From Candidatus Levyibacteriota bacterium (GTDB lineage: Bacteria; Patescibacteriota; Microgenomatia; Levybacterales; UBA12049): DNA of 64,000 bases. The stretch lies in the NCBI GenBank assembly GCA_027459745.1, contig DAIDHL010000005.1, forward strand, positions 646 to 64,645, read 5' to 3'. Positions 20,217 through 30,373 of the stretch are shown piece by piece. The notes beneath the pieces were generated by a model. That model saw only the letters and a list, made by a program, of their open reading frames with translations. It searched no databases and had not been told where the DNA came from. A program made the position numbers and the translations under genes. Position 1 is the first letter of the stretch. The number at the start of each line of letters is the position of its first letter.

Positions 20217-20407
20217 ACTGTCCTCCTTTCTTCCATTATTCGTAGAGACATAGCTGTTTACTGAGGTAACTAACAAATATTAACTATCGAGCTACTCAAA
20301 AGAGAACAGTATTCTTTACTACACAGATTATAGCATATTGACGCAATATATGCCTTCAACTAATATTTTTGGCCTCAAAACCAGGCTGTGCTATAATACT
20401 CCACATT

Positions 20408-21541
20408 ATGCCTAAGATCGAAATGGGGCGAATACGCTTAAGTAAATCAGAAAAAAGTAGCATAGTACAGGCAAAAGACAGATTTATAAACCATTTAGAC
20501 AAACTTACACAACCTTCCCGTAGGCTGTTATTGAGTAATATTTTTATCAAAGGCCTACCTGGTAAATTAGAATTTACCAACACAAACTCTGAATCAGAGC
20601 TTAAGCGATATATAGACGAAGGATATGCGGTTATTGGTTTATTTACTCATCCTGGACAAAATGAGACTCTTGGCTTGCCATCTCTATGGACAAAAAGATT
20701 TAAACAGTCGCGAAAAAAACCAATTCAGTTTGCAGTAGCAGAACACATGCTACATATCCCCGGACTTGAAGGAGCTGCCAGGTTCGGAGGCGTACAGTTA
20801 GATGGTATGACTATTGAAGACACATTAGACCATATAGCTAAAAAACGCGCATTACAAACCATTCGCAATAATACCCCTTACGTTCCAATCTCCCAAGATG
20901 AGATCAATTCTATTGCAAGCAGTTTTATCTCAGTTGGTAAGTCTTTCGCCAAAATAATTAGAGAAGGCGGCACGGCATTTGAAAACCCCCAGCAAGGAAG
21001 AAGAGCATTCTTGGACGAAGAAAAAGATCATTTATATAATAAGTCTCCTGATGAGGTATTAAGGATAGTCAGAGAAGAACAAGAAAGTAAAGTGCACCAA
21101 AGAAAAGGTTTTAAACGTAAGATCAGAGAAACTATCTTTAAGGCGGCTAACAGAAGACTTCGACCATCAGCGCCCAAACAACCCTTAACCCCTTTTTCTG
21201 AAAAAATACCCGCCAAAGTCGGAACTTTCAACGGCGAGCCTGTTAAGAAATTCTTACGCTTAACCAGCGGGTGGGTGGAAGAAAACGGGAAACGAGTCAG
21301 GGTTCAACATAAAGCTGTAGTAGTTTGTATTACTGTCAAAGCTGATGTTGATTACCGTAAATTAAAAAACCTCAATCGATATCCATACACCTACCATGTA
21401 AGTGAACCTATGGAAGTACAAGATTTTCTAGCTAATGCAGCCAAGGAAGGATTAACTCCTGATGAATTTGCTTTTAGAATTTTTAATAAAAATTCAGATG
21501 AAAGATATAAGGCACGACATTTTAATCCTTATAACAATTAG
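20408..21541 (+). CDS. Hypothetical basic protein
   Basis: About 377 aa with no recognisable domain. Start set at 'MPKIEMG' because an extended -10 'TGcTATAAT' (20389-20397) lies 10 nt upstream. The ORF-track start at 20369 would precede the promoter. The 3' end overlaps the Lon stop convergently. Confidence 0.5.
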   Translation: MPKIEMGRIRLSKSEKSSIVQAKDRFINHLDKLTQPSRRLLLSNIFIKGLPGKLEFTNTNSESELKRYIDEGYAVIGLFTHPGQNETLGLPSLWTKRFKQSRKKPIQFAVAEHMLHIPGLEGAARFGGVQLDGMTIEDTLDHIAKKRALQTIRNNTPYVPISQDEINSIASSFISVGKSFAKIIREGGTAFENPQQGRRAFLDEEKDHLYNKSPDEVLRIVREEQESKVHQRKGFKRKIRETIFKAANRRLRPSAPKQPLTPFSEKIPAKVGTFNGEPVKKFLRLTSGWVEENGKRVRVQHKAVVVCITVKADVDYRKLKNLNRYPYTYHVSEPMEVQDFLANAAKEGLTPDEFAFRIFNKNSDERYKARHFNPYNN

Positions 21542-23910
21542 TCTGCTTTATATGGTTGAGGCGTGTAGGCTACACTTCTTGAGGAAACTCTTTCTTCCAA
21601 TTTTGGCTTTAATGGTTTGGCTAAGGCAATAGCTAATACTTCATCCATATGTGAGACAAATTTGAATTCAATATCTCTCTTCACTTCAGCCGGAATTTCT
21701 TCTAAATCTTTTTGATTATCTTTAGGCAATATGATCGTTTTGATACCTGCCCTATGCGCTGCAATGACTTTTTCCTTCACTCCTCCGATTTCTAAAGCTC
21801 TCCCGCGCAAGGTAACCTCACCAGTCATAGCCACTTTACGATTAACCGGAATCTTGGTCAGAGCCGACACAATAGCTGTGGTAATAGCCAAACCAGCTGA
21901 AGGACCATCTTTTGGTACTGCACCTTCCGGAACGTGCACATGTACATCAATCTTTTGATAAAAGTTTTCCGATAGACCTAAAGCCTTGGCTCGAGTACGA
22001 ATATAAGACATTGCAGCCGTGGCTGATTCCTTCATCACATCACCCAACTGACCAGTCAAAATCATACTACCCTTACCAGCCATCAATGCAACCTCAATAA
22101 ATAAAATTTCTCCTCCTGCTTCTGTCCAAGCCAAGCCAGTAGACATGCCAACTTCATTTTTCTTTTCGATTAAATTAGCACTGAATTTAATAGGACCAAG
22201 ATAAGTGGGAATCTGCTTGCTTGTAATGACAATTTTACCTGTTTTGCCCTCGGCGACTTGTTTGGCAATCTTACGTAACACCCCGGCAATACGTCTTTCT
22301 AAGTTACGAACACCTGCTTCACGGGTATAGTGGTGAATGATAAACTTTAAAGCATCATCTGAGAAACTAACTTTTTTAGAATCCAAGCCATTCATCTCCA
22401 TTTGTTTTTTTACTAAGAAATCTTTAGCAATTTTATATTTCTCATCATGCGTATAACCGGCAAAATTGATGATTTCTAAACGGTCTCGCAAAGCTGGAGG
22501 AATCGTATCCAGCACATTTGCAGTGGTAATAAACATTACATTAGACAAATCAAAAGGAACTTCGAGATAATGATCCGAAAATTCAGAATTTTGTTCTGGA
22601 TCCAGGGCTTCCAATAATGCACTGGAAGGATCTCCACGGAAATCCGCACCGACTTTATCTATCTCATCAAGCATAAAGACTGGATTTTTACTGCCTGCAT
22701 CTTTGATCCCCTGAATAATACGTCCTGGCAAAGCACCTACATAAGTTCGGCGATGCCCCCGTATTTCAGCCTCATCACGAATTCCCCCCAATGACACACG
22801 AACAAATTTACGACCCAACGCACGCGCAATAGAACGTCCAATCGAAGTCTTACCAACTCCAGGAGGTCCTGAGAAGCATAAAATAGGTCCTCTGGTTTTA
22901 CCAGTCAGCTTATGAACCGCTAAGTATTCCACGATTCTCTCTTTGGCTTTGTCCAAACCATAATGATCTTCATTTAGGATTTTCTCAGCTTTCTTGATAT
23001 CATCATTACTACTTGTTTCTATACTCCAAGGTAGGCTAATTAACCATTCCACATAATTGCGAATATATCCTGCCTCAGGGTTAAATTGGTTCATAGCGTT
23101 TAGCTTGCGAACTTCTTTCTTAGCTTTTTCTTCCACATCCTTGGGCATCTTGGCTTCTTTGATTTTTAACATCAATTCACGCATCTCTCCAGCCTCATCA
23201 TCATTGCCTAATTCTTTCTCAATCACCTTCAAACGTTCTTTTAACATGGCTTCGCGGGCACCTTTTTCAAATTGTTGTTGAGTCTTGGAAGCTATACGTC
23301 TCTCTAATTCCAAAACCTTGATTTCCTTGGCTAACAGATCAGTCAATCTTTGTAAACGTTGTTTGACATCAGTCATTTCCAACAACTCTTGACGCTCCTG
23401 AGGCTTTAATTCTAACGCTGAAGACAGTAGATCAGCCAATTCGGAGGGGGAATTTTCTGACATAATATTCATAAATAACAAAAAGTCAGCGGATTTCCCT
23501 AAATTCATGGCTCGACGAAATTCGTGAGTCAAATGGTTACATAATGCTTCAATCTCAGGAGAGGCTATATATTCATCGGGAATCTCTTCAACTCTTGCTA
23601 GCAAGAAATTATCATGTGGCTCATAAGATAGGATCTTGACTCTACTTATTCCCCTCACCTGGGCATTAATTTCTCCATCTGTACGAATCATACGCTCAAT
23701 ACGCGCCAAAGTACCAATTTCATATAAATCATTATTTGTGGGTTCATTCAAGCGAGAATTCTTTTGCAAGACAAATACCACAATCCGTTCATTAACATAG
23801 GAAGACTCCAACGCAGCCAGACTCTTTGGACGTCCAAACGTCAAAACCGAATCGGTATTGGGGAAAATGATTCCATCTCTAATTGGGATTATCGCTACAA
23901 TTCTTTCCAT
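21538..23910 (-). CDS. lon: ATP-dependent Lon protease (La)
   Basis: 790 aa. Lon N-domain, AAA+ Walker A 'GPPGVGKTS', Walker B 'VFMLDEIDK', and protease domain with catalytic Ser '[20 protein letters not shown]' and Lys. Confidence 0.95.
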   Translation of the reverse strand: MERIVAIIPIRDGIIFPNTDSVLTFGRPKSLAALESSYVNERIVVFVLQKNSRLNEPTNNDLYEIGTLARIERMIRTDGEINAQVRGISRVKILSYEPHDNFLLARVEEIPDEYIASPEIEALCNHLTHEFRRAMNLGKSADFLLFMNIMSENSPSELADLLSSALELKPQERQELLEMTDVKQRLQRLTDLLAKEIKVLELERRIASKTQQQFEKGAREAMLKERLKVIEKELGNDDEAGEMRELMLKIKEAKMPKDVEEKAKKEVRKLNAMNQFNPEAGYIRNYVEWLISLPWSIETSSNDDIKKAEKILNEDHYGLDKAKERIVEYLAVHKLTGKTRGPILCFSGPPGVGKTSIGRSIARALGRKFVRVSLGGIRDEAEIRGHRRTYVGALPGRIIQGIKDAGSKNPVFMLDEIDKVGADFRGDPSSALLEALDPEQNSEFSDHYLEVPFDLSNVMFITTANVLDTIPPALRDRLEIINFAGYTHDEKYKIAKDFLVKKQMEMNGLDSKKVSFSDDALKFIIHHYTREAGVRNLERRIAGVLRKIAKQVAEGKTGKIVITSKQIPTYLGPIKFSANLIEKKNEVGMSTGLAWTEAGGEILFIEVALMAGKGSMILTGQLGDVMKESATAAMSYIRTRAKALGLSENFYQKIDVHVHVPEGAVPKDGPSAGLAITTAIVSALTKIPVNRKVAMTGEVTLRGRALEIGGVKEKVIAAHRAGIKTIILPKDNQKDLEEIPAEVKRDIEFKFVSHMDEVLAIALAKPLKPKLEERVSSRSVAYTPQPYKAD

Positions 23911-23984
23911 AAATTTAGTATTAGCACTCTATCATAGGTATTGCTAGTTGTCAATCCTATTTAATCTATCATTCTATATCAAAA

Positions 23985-24350
23985 TTATTCGATATTGTTT
24001 TTAACAATGTTTATCAACGCTATCATATCAAAAGGTTTCTTTAAATAACCTGAAACCTTATATTTAAGAACAAGTTTTTCTAAATTTGCATCGGCAGAAG
24101 ATATAATTACAGGCACTTTAACTGTTTTAGAATTTTTACGCAATTGATCTATTAAACTTTCTGTCCTAAGCTGTTTATAATGTATGTCCATTAAAATAAG
24201 ACCGGGATTATGAGCAATTACCTGAGCAATAAAATCACTACTATCATCAAACCTTTGAACCACATAATGCTCAGACTCCAGTACAATACACATTACGTCA
24301 AAAATTGAATCATCGTCCTCAAAAATGAAAATCTTTTTACCCTTGAACAT
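23985..24350 (-). CDS. Orphan single-domain response regulator (receiver)
   Basis: 'KKIFIFEDDDSIFD', 'LILMDIHY' and 'KVPVIISSADANLEKLVLKYKVSGYLKKPFD'. Start taken at 'MFKGKK' because a TATAAT box lies about 12 nt upstream. The ORF-track start at 24404 is probably too long. Confidence 0.75.
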   Translation of the reverse strand: MFKGKKIFIFEDDDSIFDVMCIVLESEHYVVQRFDDSSDFIAQVIAHNPGLILMDIHYKQLRTESLIDQLRKNSKTVKVPVIISSADANLEKLVLKYKVSGYLKKPFDMIALINIVKNNIE

Positions 24351-24416
24351 TTTCAACCGTATTATAGCACTCCAGTAAAGTAAACCTGAAGTTAGACTGT
24401 ACATACTAAAAATTTG

Positions 24417-24426
24417 TTGCTATAAT
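24417..24426 (+). promoter_or_regulatory. Extended -10 promoter element 'TTGCTATAAT' 12 nt upstream of the OmpR-regulator ATG
   Basis: Sequence 'aaatttgTTGCTATAATgcacacgcgaagATG'. Same decamer at 42704-42713 before the paralogous regulator. 'TGcTATAAT' also at 20389-20397. Confidence 0.5.
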
Positions 24427-24438
24427 GCACACGCGAAG

Positions 24439-25110
24439 ATGGTACAGACAATTTTAGTCGTCGAAGACGACAAAGGAGTACAAAAATATTTAAGAGAGCT
24501 GCTACTGGATAACGGCTACGCTACACAGATTTCTGCAGACGGAATCGATGCACTTGAGAAGTTGAAAAAAATTGAGCCTGATGCAGTAGTATTGGACTTA
24601 GGCTTACCCAAAATGAGCGGTGAAGCTGTGTGTATGGAAATCCGCAAAAAGTATCCTGATCTCCCAATTATTATTCTCACAGCAAAAGACAGTATTAATA
24701 ACGTAGTTGAAGGCTTAAACTTAGGAGCTGATGATTACATGACCAAACCTTTTGTGGGTGACGAATTACTGGCACGTCTGAAGGCCAGGCTTAGACACTC
24801 TGTTTCTTCTGACGAAATTTTGCAGGTAGCTGATTTAACTCTTAATACCAAAACCATGGAAGTCAAAAGAGGAGTAAAACAAATACAACTTACTCCCCAG
24901 GAATATAAGCTGCTTGAATATTTGATGTCGAATAAAACCCGCGTTCTGACTCGTGAAATGATTTTAAATCGTATCTGGCTGTACGCTTCGGAAGTAGAAA
25001 CACGAGTAGTTGATGTATATATGGGATATCTTAGAAAAAAGATTGATTCAGGTCACGAAAAGAAACTACTTAAATCCGTCCGTGGTTTTGGTTATATGAT
25101 GAAAGACTAA
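24439..25110 (+). CDS. OmpR-family response regulator (receiver plus winged-helix DNA-binding)
   Basis: 223 aa. 'ILVVEDDKGV', 'VVLDLGLPKMSG', 'LTAKDSINNVVEGLNLGADDYMTKPF', and a C-terminal wHTH 'LTPQEYKLLEYLMSN...RVLTREMILNRIW...VDVYMGYLRKKI'. Preceded by 'TTGCTATAAT' ending 12 nt before the ATG. Confidence 0.9.
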   Translation: MVQTILVVEDDKGVQKYLRELLLDNGYATQISADGIDALEKLKKIEPDAVVLDLGLPKMSGEAVCMEIRKKYPDLPIIILTAKDSINNVVEGLNLGADDYMTKPFVGDELLARLKARLRHSVSSDEILQVADLTLNTKTMEVKRGVKQIQLTPQEYKLLEYLMSNKTRVLTREMILNRIWLYASEVETRVVDVYMGYLRKKIDSGHEKKLLKSVRGFGYMMKD

Positions 25111-26330
25111 GGCTTGTATTGGGGTAAGAACTTGGTTATATCAAGATTTGTAACCAGTTTTTCATCCAGAGGACTAAATACACAAAATACATTTTCAGCG
25201 GGTAAACCCAGCCTTTCGACTAAATATCCCTGCATTCCTTTGGCTCTCATTTTGTAAGTTCTACTATAAACGTTGAAAATATCTCCCGAAGATGACGGTG
25301 TGCGTCTCTTATTTTTTGGTTCACCCCAATCTCCTACTGGAGGGAGAATTACAGAGTTAAGTGCATCTTCTATCCACAAATCAGAATTGCCAACTCCCGG
25401 TAAAATACGTTGTTTATTTAGTTTTCGTTGCCAATATCTCTTAACTAATCCATCATATTCTTTATGTATTTCATCGTACTGTTCTTGTCTAGCAAATGAA
25501 CTTATAGCTTGTTGAGCAAGCAGAGCACGATAGAGAGTAGTTGCACTTTTTATTTTTTTAGCCTTAGAGAAGTTTTCAAACGACACACCAAATCTTGCTT
25601 TTGCAATTTTCTCAATTAACTGTATATCATCAAAAGATGGAACAGGAATTCCGCTAACTGTAGTTTTAAATTTCTTTCTTAGATCACTTTCCAGCGCAAG
25701 ATAATCTTCTAGGGTTCCCGCGCCGACTGTAAAATCTCGCATGGAAATACCTCTTTCTACCACATCCATCGTCACCATGGGATGTATAACAGCCATATGT
25801 CTACCAAACTTTCTTGCAAAGTGCTTTAGTGCTTTTTGACCTCTATCTATCCCTCCTGCTCCATGACTTCTAATTGCAGCTACGTCAGCTATAACTTTGT
25901 CGGAAATTGAAAGTGCATAATCCAAACGGTCTATGTAATCATTATTTACACTATCATATTCTAAACTCCCCCATTTAGTGGTTCCATCAGTATTTCTTCT
26001 TGAACCGAGTCTTTTTTCACCAGCTAACAACGCTAATTCGTATGGTACATGCAATGCAGGCATGACAGAGCCAATTCCCTGAGCCGTACTAGTTTTACCA
26101 CTCAAAGGAGGTCCAATCACAAAAACAATTCTTGTGTTGCTATCATCTAAACAGCTTAATATTTCATCTTCAGCTTTCTCTCCTTTTATATTCCAAAAAT
26201 TCCTTAACAATGTACCCTCGGTTTTTGATTCTACTTCTTCATGGGGTAACATGGGACGTTCTGAATACGTAGAATATGGTGAACTCAGTTTCGGACGATA
26301 TTGCCCGTTATTCATTTCAGGTAAACTCAT
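25107..26330 (-). CDS. P-loop NTPase / small-molecule-kinase-like protein (zeta-toxin/AAA_33-like Walker A) of unknown function
   Basis: 407 aa. Walker A 'VIGPPLSGKTSTAQ'. N-terminal region carries 'RPMLPHEE'. 4-bp ATGA overlap with the upstream histidine kinase implies co-transcription. Confidence 0.5.
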   Translation of the reverse strand: MSLPEMNNGQYRPKLSSPYSTYSERPMLPHEEVESKTEGTLLRNFWNIKGEKAEDEILSCLDDSNTRIVFVIGPPLSGKTSTAQGIGSVMPALHVPYELALLAGEKRLGSRRNTDGTTKWGSLEYDSVNNDYIDRLDYALSISDKVIADVAAIRSHGAGGIDRGQKALKHFARKFGRHMAVIHPMVTMDVVERGISMRDFTVGAGTLEDYLALESDLRKKFKTTVSGIPVPSFDDIQLIEKIAKARFGVSFENFSKAKKIKSATTLYRALLAQQAISSFARQEQYDEIHKEYDGLVKRYWQRKLNKQRILPGVGNSDLWIEDALNSVILPPVGDWGEPKNKRRTPSSSGDIFNVYSRTYKMRAKGMQGYLVERLGLPAENVFCVFSPLDEKLVTNLDITKFLPQYKP

Positions 26331-27484
26331 ACAAGTCTGGGCAGGTAAATACTCGCTTCAATATCGTTTTGAGAGGATTTTTTAAGTGATATCTTACCTT
26401 TGTGATGCTTGACTATATCTTTAGCTAAATACAGTCCTAACCCCATACCTGTATTCAGACTATCTCCACCTTTGTAGTATTTTTTAAAAAGATGCACCAA
26501 ATCGTCTGAAGGTATATTGCCTTTATTAACTACTGTTATTACAATTTGATTCTTTTTTTGTAATAGTACTATTGATAGAGGTGTATCTTCCTGAGAAAAT
26601 TTTGCAGCATTATCCACCAGATGGGAGATTAGCTGATCGATTTTTTCCGGATCACCTTTGATAAAGATTGATCTTTCATCAGTATTGTTAACAAAAGAAT
26701 ACTTTCTCTGACTGTGAATAGTCATATAGCGTAAAATCACTCTATTAATAAGGGGAATAACATCAAATGTATTCTTTACATATTGCTGTTTTTTGGAATT
26801 TATCCTAGTAATATCTAGTAACTCGTTTACAATATAGATTAATCTATGTGTTTGAGAATATAATTCATTTATCCAATCCTGCTCTCGGGATTTTCGGTTT
26901 ACAAAGCGTTTATGCAAGAGTTGAATATAGCCATGAATAGAAGTAAGAGGGGTACGTAATTCATGAGCCGCTAGAGAAATAAACTCATCCCGGGTAGAAA
27001 GTGCATTTGCCATATCTTGATAAGCTTGTGCTTTGGTTATGGCCAAACTAGCTAACGACCCTATAAAATTTAGCGTACTGATAATCTTTGAATTTAGTTT
27101 TTTCTTTTTGGTAAGATTAATAGACAACACTCCTATTTTTGTCTTTTCAAAAATTATGGGAATGTAAACAATTCCTACGATATCCAGAGTTAGTAGCTCT
27201 TTATGAAATTGGGAAACATGATTAATCGGAAGCAAGAAAACGCTTTCTTTTTTATATGCTTCATAAACAAAACCTTTACGTCTAGATTTAACTTGAAATT
27301 TAGGTGGTAAGGTACTATACACTCTCTCAAAATATGTCCCATTTTTTATGTGGATTGACCCGTAAGATGTTTGAAAAATACCAGCAGTTACACTGACAAT
27401 AACCTTATAGGTTTCTTCCAATGTTTTGCAATCCAATAATTTGAGCATCAGCTCATTCAATTTCTCCACATCAATACTGCTCAT
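26327..27484 (-). CDS. Cytoplasmic sensor histidine kinase (GAF-like N-terminal domain, HisKA, HATPase_c)
   Basis: 385 aa. H-box 'LAAHELRTPLTSIHGYIQLL', N-box 'LVDNAAKFS', G-boxes 'GMGLGLYLAKDIVKHHKGKISL'. No TM segments. Confidence 0.85.
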   Translation of the reverse strand: MSSIDVEKLNELMLKLLDCKTLEETYKVIVSVTAGIFQTSYGSIHIKNGTYFERVYSTLPPKFQVKSRRKGFVYEAYKKESVFLLPINHVSQFHKELLTLDIVGIVYIPIIFEKTKIGVLSINLTKKKKLNSKIISTLNFIGSLASLAITKAQAYQDMANALSTRDEFISLAAHELRTPLTSIHGYIQLLHKRFVNRKSREQDWINELYSQTHRLIYIVNELLDITRINSKKQQYVKNTFDVIPLINRVILRYMTIHSQRKYSFVNNTDERSIFIKGDPEKIDQLISHLVDNAAKFSQEDTPLSIVLLQKKNQIVITVVNKGNIPSDDLVHLFKKYYKGGDSLNTGMGLGLYLAKDIVKHHKGKISLKKSSQNDIEASIYLPRLV

Positions 27485-27541
27485 TACGTCTTATAGCATA
27501 CCATTTAGGGATGTGTTCTTCAAGTGAAGTAAAATGAAATG

Positions 27542-27721
27542 TTATTTCTTTTTATTTTTTTTCTGTCTGGACAGACCTCCTTTGCGCCCAGCCATCTTTG
27601 CTTCTTCACTACTCCACTTGTGAGCAGTGCCTTTAGCATGTGCAGCTTTGCCGCCTTTACTGGCGATACTTCTTTGTTTGTTGCTGTCCATTGAAGCAAA
27701 TCCGCGATTTTTTATTGCCAT
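27542..27721 (-). CDS. KGG-repeat general stress protein (YciG/con-10-like), 59 aa. Not in the ORF track because it is under 60 aa.
   Basis: Hand translation: MAIKNRGFASMDSNKQRSIASKGGKAAHAKGTAHKWSSEEAKMAGRKGGLSRQKKNKKK. Two KGG/RKGG repeats. Perfect SD 'GAAGGAGG' 5 nt upstream of the ATG. Confidence 0.65.
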   Translation of the reverse strand: MAIKNRGFASMDSNKQRSIASKGGKAAHAKGTAHKWSSEEAKMAGRKGGLSRQKKNKKK

Positions 27722-27887
27722 AAACCTCCTTCTAAAAAAATTTCATATCATTCATAATCATCTTCGTTACAAAAAAAGTAATAAATAATAAAGTCATCTC
27801 AGCTTCCATAATTAATACATCAATAATAATACTCATATATAAAAGGTCAAGCAATTCTGTGTAAGAATTATGTGTGAAATGTAGAGC

Positions 27888-28586
27888 TTATTTTTTAAGC
27901 TGTGAGTCAATCGCACTCTTTAAGTCAGTGTAGGTATAATTGCCAACAAAATGACGTTGGTTTATATAAAAGGTCGGAGTTTCGTTAACTTGTAAGGTAT
28001 TTCCATCTGCTTCATCCTTATTCACCTGGTCGATTACTGCGTTTGAATTTAGAGCTTCGTCAAATTTGCTCACATTCAAACCAATTTTTTTAGCGTAAGT
28101 GTCAAAATAAGACTTGGGATTACTACTAGTAGCCCAAGTATCCTGATTATCATATAAAATATCATGCATAGGCCAGAATTTTCCCTGCTGGCCCGCAGCC
28201 ACAGCCGCCTGAGCTCCAATCATGGCATTTTTATGAATTTGCACTAAAGGGAAATTACGAAATACTAAATTAATCTTATTGCCATACTGCTGTTTTAACT
28301 GCTTAACAATTGGATACATTGCTCCGCAACCAGGACATTCAAAATCTCCAAACTCCACAAAAGTAACCGGTGCATTGCTGGGACCTGATTGGAAACTGCC
28401 CTTAGGAACTAATAATGAGTTACTCGCTTTTGTTGAGTCAAGCTCTTGAGTTGAAGATGAGGAAGAAGTTGTACTACCAACACTACCGTTACTCAAAAAA
28501 ACCGCTCCGATTATAATAATTATTAATGTGACTATTCCAATTCCTGTTATAACTTTAGCATCCTGTGACATGAATTTATTATACAA
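27888..28586 (-). CDS. Membrane-anchored thioredoxin-fold thiol:disulfide oxidoreductase (DsbA-like)
   Basis: 232 aa. N-terminal TM anchor, Ser/Thr-rich linker, 'FVEFGDFECPGCGAMYP' CxxC active site, and DsbA-like downstream helices. Confidence 0.75.
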   Translation of the reverse strand: MYNKFMSQDAKVITGIGIVTLIIIIIGAVFLSNGSVGSTTSSSSSTQELDSTKASNSLLVPKGSFQSGPSNAPVTFVEFGDFECPGCGAMYPIVKQLKQQYGNKINLVFRNFPLVQIHKNAMIGAQAAVAAGQQGKFWPMHDILYDNQDTWATSSNPKSYFDTYAKKIGLNVSKFDEALNSNAVIDQVNKDEADGNTLQVNETPTFYINQRHFVGNYTYTDLKSAIDSQLKK

Positions 28587-28652
28587 AAGTTTTAAATCCG
28601 TGCAAGAGGTAGTTTTACATGCTGTAGTAGACCAACAACAAATGATAAATAA

Positions 28653-28865
28653 TTATTTATCATTTACACCAGGTGTAATTAACGGTGAGTGAAATGGATC
28701 ACCTTCTTTATCATTATTTCCGTTTTGATTTAAATATATGAAAATTGGAGTTGGAGGTAAATAATACTCAGTTGCTCTTTCAATCACTTCTCTTCCCCAG
28801 CCCTGTTCAGACAAAGATTTTATAACCTTATCAGCAGGAACTTTCGTCTTCTTACAAGCATCCAA
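28653..28865 (-). CDS. Small hypothetical protein (70 aa)
   Basis: ORF only. Divergent from 28986 gene. No supporting signals. Confidence 0.25.
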   Translation of the reverse strand: MDACKKTKVPADKVIKSLSEQGWGREVIERATEYYLPPTPIFIYLNQNGNNDKEGDPFHSPLITPGVNDK

Positions 28866-28985
28866 GTATCTTTGTATGCCCTAATGTAACACTCGCATAA
28901 ATTCTTACCTATAAGACTATCCTGACAAAAACAAATAAGATTGTCAATCAATACTATATTTACAACACATGATATAATAAGATTA

Positions 28986-29480
28986 ATGAGGATTAAACGT
29001 TTATTCACGTTATCTTTATTTAGCTCAGTATTTTTTCTTGTTACATCTAGTGTTTACGCTGACATGACAAATATTGTAAATAATATTACCAGCAATAATA
29101 ACTCTACTGGCAATATCAATTCAGTAAATACAGTGCAAACAAATACCAATTCTAATGGTTCCACCAGTACTAGTATTAAAATCAATGACAACGGTAAAGA
29201 AACTGACTACGAATCAAATCAGCCAGGTAGTGTAACCGTTAATTCATCTAACGGAAACGTACATGTTCAGGTCAATAATAATCGAGATCAAAATTTAAGC
29301 GGTACTTCTTCTCCTTCAGCCACACCCAGACTAGAAAAATTAGAGGATAAGTTAAAAAAACATATCTTGCCAACTGCAAAACCTGATCAGAAAACTTCTT
29401 CCCTAAGCGCAAGTTTAAAAATCTTTAATTTTGATGTTCGACAATTCTTCTACAATCTTTTTAATTTAAAATGGTTCTAG
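28986..29480 (+). CDS. Secreted low-complexity Asn/Ser/Thr-rich protein
   Basis: Start at 'MRIKRLFTLSLFSSVFFLVTSSVYA' (signal peptide), followed by N/S/T-rich low-complexity sequence. Confidence 0.5.
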   Translation: MRIKRLFTLSLFSSVFFLVTSSVYADMTNIVNNITSNNNSTGNINSVNTVQTNTNSNGSTSTSIKINDNGKETDYESNQPGSVTVNSSNGNVHVQVNNNRDQNLSGTSSPSATPRLEKLEDKLKKHILPTAKPDQKTSSLSASLKIFNFDVRQFFYNLFNLKWF

Positions 29481-29575
29481 ATAATATGAGGAGAAATAAG
29501 ACTGAAGATATATCTACCTTACACTGCTAAATTTAGACTCTCCGTAAATATGATCATTGCTATATCAGAAAAAAA

Positions 29576-29926
29576 TTGTATACTAGACAGATGGCAGAAG
29601 AAAAGAAATTGATTATCGAAGATTTAAAGGTAGGGACCGGCCCTGAAGTAAAATCTGGAGACCACGTAGTCATGCATTATGTCGGCACTTTAGAAGATGG
29701 AACAAAATTTGATTCTTCTTATGATCGTGATCAACCCTTTGAAACACCAATCGGAGTTGGATATGTAATCAAAGGCTGGGATATGGGTGTTCAAGGTATG
29801 AAAGTAGGAGGAAAAAGAAAATTAACTATTCCTTATCAATTGGGTTACGGAAAATATGGAATTGATCCTGACATCCCTGGATTTGCTACGTTAATATTCG
29901 AAGTAGAGTTATTAAGAATCAAATAA
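29576..29926 (+). CDS. FKBP-type peptidyl-prolyl cis-trans isomerase
   Basis: 'GDHVVMHYVGTLEDGTKFDSSYDRDQPFETPIGVGYVIKGWDMGVQGMKVGGKRKLTIPYQLGYG...ATLIFEVELL' is the canonical FKBP domain. True start may be the second ATG (29591, 'MAEEKK'). Confidence 0.85.
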   Translation: MYTRQMAEEKKLIIEDLKVGTGPEVKSGDHVVMHYVGTLEDGTKFDSSYDRDQPFETPIGVGYVIKGWDMGVQGMKVGGKRKLTIPYQLGYGKYGIDPDIPGFATLIFEVELLRIK

Positions 29927-30205
29927 TCAGCCATTAAGATATCGCATGGAGAAGCAGCATGAGGGTTTCACATATTATTGCCGCAAATATAACCACTGTG
30001 ATTAACAAAAAACTTGCCATTAAATGATTCTGAGCCTTTATTGGATTCACGCTTTTTACCCTAGCAACATCTTGATACAACTTATTTGTAATAAAGACAA
30101 TAAGTAATAATAAGAATTATGCAAGAATAAACTTAATATTACCTGAAGTCTCAAATTTCTTTCTGAATGACAAAAGTTCAGATTTCTAGTAAAATAAGCT
30201 CACAA

Positions 30206-30276
30206 TGCTGGATCATCTAACGGTAGGATAGTGGACTCTGAATCCATTCATCTTGGTCCGAATCCAAGTCCAGCAG
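30206..30276 (+). tRNA. tRNA-Gln (anticodon CUG)
   Basis: Hand fold. Acceptor TGCTGGA/TCCAGCA with the U1:A72 pair typical of bacterial tRNA-Gln. D-stem ATCT/GGAT. Anticodon stem GTGGA/TCCAT with loop C-T-CTG-A-A. T-arm CTTGG-TCCGAAT-CCAAG. Discriminator G. CCA not encoded. Confidence 0.8.
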
Positions 30277-30373
30277 CATTTAACAACCGAGGTTAGAAGC
30301 TAGTCGACCGAGCAGGTTGACAATCATTATGATATTGAGAAGTGATCAAAGATAATTAATTTTGATTCTAGGT

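Noticed and set aside
28820-29008. ORF 28820..29008 (62 aa, minus)
   Set aside because: Overlaps both the 28653..28865 small ORF and the start of the better-supported signal-peptide gene at 28986. Cys-rich, odd composition. Likely spurious.
29930-30010. Possible 26-aa hydrophobic peptide ORF on the minus strand (MASFLLITVVIFAAIICETLMLLLHAIS) between FKBP and tRNA-Gln
   Set aside because: Very short, no RBS or promoter evidence. Could easily be chance in AT-rich DNA.
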